From the IMG/VR virus record IMGVR_UViG_3300020716_000002: DNA of 64,000 bases. One strand, 5' to 3'. Below the pieces are notes generated by a model that made no database searches, was not told the origin of the DNA, and saw nothing but the letters and a program-made list of their open reading frames with translations. Origin of the DNA: an uncultured virus (IMG/VR IMGVR_UViG_3300020716_000002). Taxonomy: Duplodnaviria > Heunggongvirae > Uroviricota > Caudoviricetes. Both the position numbers and the translations under genes were made by a program. Of this stretch, positions 63,787 through 64,000 are shown piece by piece. The first letter of the stretch is position 1. Each line of letters begins with the position of its first letter.

Positions 63787-64000
63787 TTAATAGTATGCGG
63801 GCCTCTTGCGATATTGACGCAAAAAGGTGTCGTCCGGTTCATCGTTGGGTAGGCGAAGGAATCCCCCTTGCCTAAATCTGAGGAGCGCGAGTGTTGTAGA
63901 GTCCACCAAGTCGTCGTTTGCCCCGCTTGGGAAGTCATTACATTCTTCAATTACTTCTTTTGCCCATCTGCGGTCTGGTGCCCACACTATGCCTGAAGCA
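63787..64000 (-). CDS. terL: terminase large subunit, C-terminal fragment (runs off the window)
   Basis: W..EVIEEC..FP.G.NDDLVDS nuclease motif directly upstream of the portal. Confidence 0.85.
   Translation of the reverse strand, partial: ASGIVWAPDRRWAKEVIEECNDFPSGANDDLVDSTTLALLRFRQGGFLRLPNDEPDDTFLRQYRKRPAYY

Noticed and set aside
1..64000. tRNA genes, integrase, stop-codon reassignment
   Set aside because: No cloverleaf or recombinase motifs recognised; genes tile densely under the standard code

Overview
A 64-kb segment of a tailed dsDNA phage (or prophage) genome, probably podovirus-like, with two convergent arms that meet at about 21.9 kb. The + arm (1-21915) holds early and replication functions: small hypothetical genes, an iteron-rich non-coding region (likely origin), repeated promoter/operator cassettes, a MoxR-like AAA+ ATPase with a metallopeptidase-vWA partner, VRR-NUC, DUF3310, family A DNA polymerase (Leu762 type), PD-(D/E)XK nuclease, SNF2 helicase, a putative SSB and a primase-helicase. 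The - arm (64000-21912) holds the morphogenesis genes: terminase C-terminus, portal, GroES, scaffold, major capsid protein, small basic proteins, adaptors, a mosaic array of tail fibres and chaperones, a collagen-like fibre with a 2OG-Fe(II) oxygenase, a lysis cassette, tail nozzle and three large ejection proteins. No integrase, tRNA, CRISPR array or reverse transcriptase was recognised. Gene content suggests a freshwater betaproteobacterial host, which is inference only. Main leads: (1) a shared [F/Y/M/L/A]xxG[G/D/E] motif in at least 7 late proteins together with a tape-measure-like GPGDG..GEFV domain, a possible processing or targeting system; (2) a probable -1 frameshift at an A9 run in a lysis-cassette gene; (3) three structured intergenic RNAs, one a double pseudoknot next to a Shine-Dalgarno sequence; (4) a four-copy operator with fixed promoter spacing. 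All family calls come from motif recognition by eye; no database searches were run.
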